Source: an uncultured Actinomycetes bacterium (GTDB taxonomy: Bacteria > Actinomycetota > UBA4738 > HRBIN12). Taken from it: a DNA stretch of 64,000 nucleotides. A model generated the notes under the pieces. The model did not search any database. It was not told the origin of the DNA and saw only the letters and a program-made list of their open reading frames with translations. Positions 60,195 to 64,000 of this stretch are shown here, piece by piece. The stretch is taken from positions 512,001 through 576,000 of the forward strand of contig CAVPIB010000004.1 in NCBI GenBank assembly GCA_963704885.1. The letters run 5' to 3'. The position numbers and the translations under genes are program-made. Numbering within the stretch: position 1 is the stretch's first letter; the number at the start of each line of letters is the position of its first letter.

Positions 60195-61423
60195 CCCCCA
60201 TCCGGCACCAACGACCGTAGGTCGACGGCCGGATCGGCGAGCGCGACCGGGTCCGGACGGACCTGGCGGCGGATCAGCTCGAAGGAACGACGGACGTCAC
60301 GGGGCCACTCCATCGACACCGCAGAGCGGACCACACCGACCGCATCCAGCAGGAAGGCGCAGAACGACCGATCCTTGAGCGAACCTCGGACGATCATCCG
60401 ATCCCACGTGGGTGCGAAGCCGGCCATCTGGATCTGAACGTCGTACTGGTCGGACCAGAACCAGTGTGGGTCGTCGAACACCTCCGCCTTCCCCAGCATC
60501 CCTCGGGCGGCCGCGGCGCCCATCTTGATCGCGTTGTCGAAATGCTCGACGCGCATAGGGCCGAAGGCGGGATGGTCATGTCGCGCGACATCGCCCGCGG
60601 CGAACACCCCGGGGATCACCGTTTCGAGCGACGGACCGACGGGGATCCCTCCCGCCTGATCCAGGCCGGTACCCGCCATCAGCTCGACGACGGGCTCCGT
60701 GCCGATCCCCACTATCGCGATCTCCGCGTCGAACGACCGGCCGCCCTTCGTCACGACGCGCTCGAGCTTCCCGTCCCCCTCGAATCGATCAACCACGTCG
60801 TTGAAGTGCATCGCCACGCCATGGTCACGGTGTATCGACTCAAGCACCCGCCCGATGTCGCCCCCCAGCACGCGGTAAAGAGCGGTCTCGAAGATCTCGA
60901 CGACGGTTACCTCGCATCCCATCCCCCGCAGGGATGCGGCGACCTCGGCGCCGATGAATCCCATCCCCACGCACACCACACGGACCCCTCCCCGCACCGC
61001 CGCGCGGATGGCGTCGGCGTCGCGAAGGTCTCGCAGATCGAACACCCCCGGTAGTGCCGCCCCAGGAGCATCGATCTGCCGGTTGCGGCCTCCTGTGGCC
61101 ACCAACAGCGAGTCGAACGGAACCCGTTCTCCGCCGGCCAGCACGACGGCGCGTTCGTGCACGTCGAGCTGGGTCACCAGCGTCCCGAAACGTGTCTCGA
61201 TGTCCTGTTCCTGGTACCACGGGTCCGCACGCACCAGGATCCGCTCCAGGGGATCCTCACCCCGCAGATACTCCTTCGAGAGCGGAGGCCGCTCGTACGG
61301 CGCCAGATCCTCTGCACCTATCAGAACGATGCGCCCGTCGAAGCCTTCGTCGCGAAGCGTCGCAACAGCGGTCGCGCCGCAGAGGCTGGCGCCTACCACG
61401 ACGAACGATCGCGGGTCCGCCAC
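60191..61423 (-). CDS. Ferredoxin--NAD(P) reductase (putidaredoxin reductase/HcaD-like)
   Basis: VVVGASLCG, YERPPLSK, ATGG, GMGFIGAE, AAGDVA, WFWSDQY. Confidence 0.93.
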   Translation of the reverse strand: MADPRSFVVVGASLCGATAVATLRDEGFDGRIVLIGAEDLAPYERPPLSKEYLRGEDPLERILVRADPWYQEQDIETRFGTLVTQLDVHERAVVLAGGERVPFDSLLVATGGRNRQIDAPGAALPGVFDLRDLRDADAIRAAVRGGVRVVCVGMGFIGAEVAASLRGMGCEVTVVEIFETALYRVLGGDIGRVLESIHRDHGVAMHFNDVVDRFEGDGKLERVVTKGGRSFDAEIAIVGIGTEPVVELMAGTGLDQAGGIPVGPSLETVIPGVFAAGDVARHDHPAFGPMRVEHFDNAIKMGAAAARGMLGKAEVFDDPHWFWSDQYDVQIQMAGFAPTWDRMIVRGSLKDRSFCAFLLDAVGVVRSAVSMEWPRDVRRSFELIRRQVRPDPVALADPAVDLRSLVPDGG

Positions 61424-61428
61424 GCGGG

Positions 61429-61740
61429 TTAGATCTCGATCTGGAGGTCGCCGCCTTGATCCCTGACCGGGAAGGTAGCGATCGGTTCGGTTGCCGGCTC
61501 CGCCAGAACCTCTCCGGTGGCCATGTCGAACACGCTTCCGTGACACTCACACGTGATCGCCGTGCCCTCGATGTCACCACCCATCGAGAGGTTGCAGCGC
61601 CGATGCGTGCAGATGTCGCTGAAGGCGTGGAGTGCCCCGCCGACCCGCGACACGGCGATCTCCCGGCCTCCCACGTCGAACGCCTTGGCTTCACCTTCGA
61701 CGATCTCGTCGGAGCGACCGACCGACACGAACTCTGGCAT
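61429..61740 (-). CDS. Rieske-type [2Fe-2S] ferredoxin
   Basis: CTH...CECHGSVFD; AGGAGG RBS. Confidence 0.93.
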   Translation of the reverse strand: MPEFVSVGRSDEIVEGEAKAFDVGGREIAVSRVGGALHAFSDICTHRRCNLSMGGDIEGTAITCECHGSVFDMATGEVLAEPATEPIATFPVRDQGGDLQIEI

Positions 61741-61816
61741 GCGTTCCCTCCTGGCGATCCGGAGCGCGGGTAGGGTGTTCAGCTTACGGCCTCGATGAGA
61801 TAAGAACGGAGACCAC

Positions 61817-62578
61817 ATGACAAGTGCGAAGACACACACCCGGAAGACACGGACCCTGCGGATGATCGTGGTCGGCATCGGGTTGAGCCTCGCCCTGGCC
61901 GCCTGCTCCAAGGATGCCTCCCCACCCTCGGCATCGGGCACGAGCGGCGCCAGCGTCGGTTCGAGCCCGAGCGCGGGCGAGGGTTCCGACGGCGGTGAGG
62001 TGAGCGAGAGTGCCTCCCCCGGCGATGGGAGTGGCAGCGGAGATGGCTCTGGCAGCGGCGACTCCGAGGGCGAGGACGCTCCGGGAAGCGAGGACGACCT
62101 CAAGGTCTTCGCGTACGCGACCACCGACGAGGTCGAGCTCAGCCAACAGGTCGTCAGGGTCGGCCAGTCGGTGTCTCAGATCGAGCAGGACGCCAAGCAA
62201 GGGGATCTCGAGGCGCTTCAGCAGGACGCGGCCACGCTGGAGAGGCGGGCGAGCAAGCTCGAACGGCTGGCGGACCAGGCGGAAGAACGCCAGGATCCGC
62301 GCGAGCCCGCGGATGCCACTCTGAAGGACGCGAACGGCACCGCTGGTCGGGCCTTCGGCCAGACCTCGAACTACGCGCACCTGGCCGCCATCGTCGCCGG
62401 ACAGGCAGCGGACCCGAACCCTAAGACCCTCGAGTCGGTCCTACGGCAAGTCGGTCAGCTCCGAGGTCAACAGGACGAGGTGCTGGCGCTCTACGACGAA
62501 CTGAACGACTTGCTCGCGAAGTGGTCGAACGCGCACCCGCTGTTGGCGGCGAAGGCCTTGGCGACCTACGGCGGCTGA
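61817..62578 (+). CDS. Putative lipoprotein with Gly/Ser-rich linker and helical domain
   Basis: Basic N-terminus, hydrophobic stretch, lipobox LAAC. Confidence 0.75.
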   Translation: MTSAKTHTRKTRTLRMIVVGIGLSLALAACSKDASPPSASGTSGASVGSSPSAGEGSDGGEVSESASPGDGSGSGDGSGSGDSEGEDAPGSEDDLKVFAYATTDEVELSQQVVRVGQSVSQIEQDAKQGDLEALQQDAATLERRASKLERLADQAEERQDPREPADATLKDANGTAGRAFGQTSNYAHLAAIVAGQAADPNPKTLESVLRQVGQLRGQQDEVLALYDELNDLLAKWSNAHPLLAAKALATYGG

Positions 62579-63852
62579 TCTGTCGAGGGTGCCGGCTCCG
62601 GGGGGCTGTCCCTGCGCTTGGTGTGAAAGACGTAGGCGGCGGCGATCACGACGTAGAAACCGGCGAGGATGAGGATGCCTTCGCGGAACCCGATCGGAAG
62701 CAGCGCGGGCACGAACGCGCCTCCGACCCAGGCGAGCTGGAACACCACCTCGTAGCGAACGAACACCCGCCCGAGCGCGCCCTCGGGCGCGTTGAACTGC
62801 ATCAAGCTCTGGAACGCGAGTCGACCGAGCTCCGTCGTCGCTCCTGCGAGGAGCGCATAGAAGGTGAGCAGAGGTAGCCCGAACACCTGGAAGGCGAGCA
62901 GCGCGCCGATCGCACCCGCCGACACGCAGGCGATCACCACCGCCTCTTCGCGAGTATCGCGCGGCAGTCTGGGCGCCGAGATGTCGGCGATTAGGCCGCC
63001 CGCGACGCCTGCCGTCGCGAGCAGACCGAACCACCACAGCGGCTCGCCCCCGCGACGGAGCGAGAACGCCAGGAGGAAGAGCAGGAACCCGCTCGCGGCG
63101 CGCATACCGGCAGCCCCAAGGGCCGGCGCGGTGAGCTGCGGGATCCGTCCGCGCGGCCCAACCTCGGGTTTCTGAGACGCCTTCACCCGGGGGTGCGGGA
63201 GCCGGAGGTTGAGGAAGGCTGAGATCCCGTACACGATGGCCGCCAGATAGATCGGCCCGGTCGCCCCCCAAGTCTTGAGGAACAGGTAGCCGACAGGGAA
63301 CACCGTTATCGCGCCTGCGGCGGCGATCCGCCCGAGCCTGGCGTTCACCCGCATGAGGCCCTCGTCTGGCGAGGCGTAGGCCATCGTCAGCCCGTTCTTC
63401 GTGATCGCGTGGACCTTGGAAAGGACGAGCAGGATCAACGCGCTGGGGAAGAGCACGAGCGTCCCTACGCGCGGAGCGGCGTAGATCGCCACTGCCGCCC
63501 GGCCTGCCGCAGCGGCGAACGAGATCGCGCGCCGCGGCCCCGCCCGATCGAGCAGCGGAACGAGGAGCGGACCCGCCAGTGCGAGCGGCACCATGGTCAG
63601 CAGCAGATAGAGGGCGACCCTGGTCTTGGCCTCTCCGACAGGGAGCGAGAAGAAGACCGAATCGGCCAACGAGATCGCGAGCAAGGCGTCACCGCCGACG
63701 CTCGTGAAGTGACACAGGCCAAAGCGATCGATCGCCTGATCCGACCGCCACATGCGCCGGAGAGGCCAGACGAGCGACTCCACCGCCCCCGCGATCCCTA
63801 GCAGGAGGAGTTGCCACCACGGGTAGCGCGGCGGCCGGCTCGAGACCCGCAC
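62566..63852 (-). CDS. MFS-like membrane protein (actinobacterial)
   Basis: GDALLAISLADSVFF, ALYLLLTMVP, many TM helices. Confidence 0.75.
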   Translation of the reverse strand: MRVSSRPPRYPWWQLLLLGIAGAVESLVWPLRRMWRSDQAIDRFGLCHFTSVGGDALLAISLADSVFFSLPVGEAKTRVALYLLLTMVPLALAGPLLVPLLDRAGPRRAISFAAAAGRAAVAIYAAPRVGTLVLFPSALILLVLSKVHAITKNGLTMAYASPDEGLMRVNARLGRIAAAGAITVFPVGYLFLKTWGATGPIYLAAIVYGISAFLNLRLPHPRVKASQKPEVGPRGRIPQLTAPALGAAGMRAASGFLLFLLAFSLRRGGEPLWWFGLLATAGVAGGLIADISAPRLPRDTREEAVVIACVSAGAIGALLAFQVFGLPLLTFYALLAGATTELGRLAFQSLMQFNAPEGALGRVFVRYEVVFQLAWVGGAFVPALLPIGFREGILILAGFYVVIAAAYVFHTKRRDSPPEPAPSTDQPP

Positions 63853-63865
63853 CGCGGCCCCGCAG

Positions 63866-64000
63866 CTACCCGGTCAGACGACCGCGCAGGAGCTCCTGCG
63901 CGAGCTTGGGATCGGCGGAGCCGCCCGACTTCTTCATCACCTGGCCGACCAGGAACCCGATCACGCCGTCCTTCCCGGCTCGGAACTGCTCCACGGCGTC
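63866..64000 (-). CDS. gatB: Asp/Glu-tRNA amidotransferase subunit B, C-terminal end (partial)
   Basis: DAVEQFRAGKDGVIGFLVGQVMKKSGGSADPKLAQELL (GatB/YqeY domain). Confidence 0.88.
   Translation of the reverse strand, partial: DAVEQFRAGKDGVIGFLVGQVMKKSGGSADPKLAQELLRGRLTG

Overview
GC-rich Actinomycetota-type chromosomal window (phylum inferred from gene order, codon bias and TAnnnT leaderless promoters). A conserved backbone (gatB, serA, ilvE, FAH-gltX, tRNA-Glu(CTC), ppk1-NUDIX, icd) is interleaved with accessory genes. No prophage, IS, integrase or CRISPR array was seen. The best candidate for an undescribed system is an amine/aromatic catabolic island at about 19-41 kb. It has two glutamine-synthetase-like ligases lacking the ammonia-site Glu, each beside a different P450 (one with a GcoA-like QE I-helix), plus a class-I glutamine amidotransferase, a PLP decarboxylase, an APC permease, MarR, and hpaD/hpaE/hpaG-like genes. 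An acetoacetate-decarboxylase-fold protein is present where hpaH/hpaI are not seen, and an orphan Rieske ferredoxin/reductase pair lies at 60-62 kb. Other highlights: a COG1233 flavoprotein with two DmdA-like GcvT proteins, an overlapping pair of divergent alanine-dehydrogenase-fold paralogs, a uORF plus nested-hairpin attenuator that sequesters an MFS ribosome-binding site, a probable ACG start codon, a heavily frameshifted PhoX, and a polyamine-transporter deletion scar. All family assignments come from motif recognition by eye; no searches were run.
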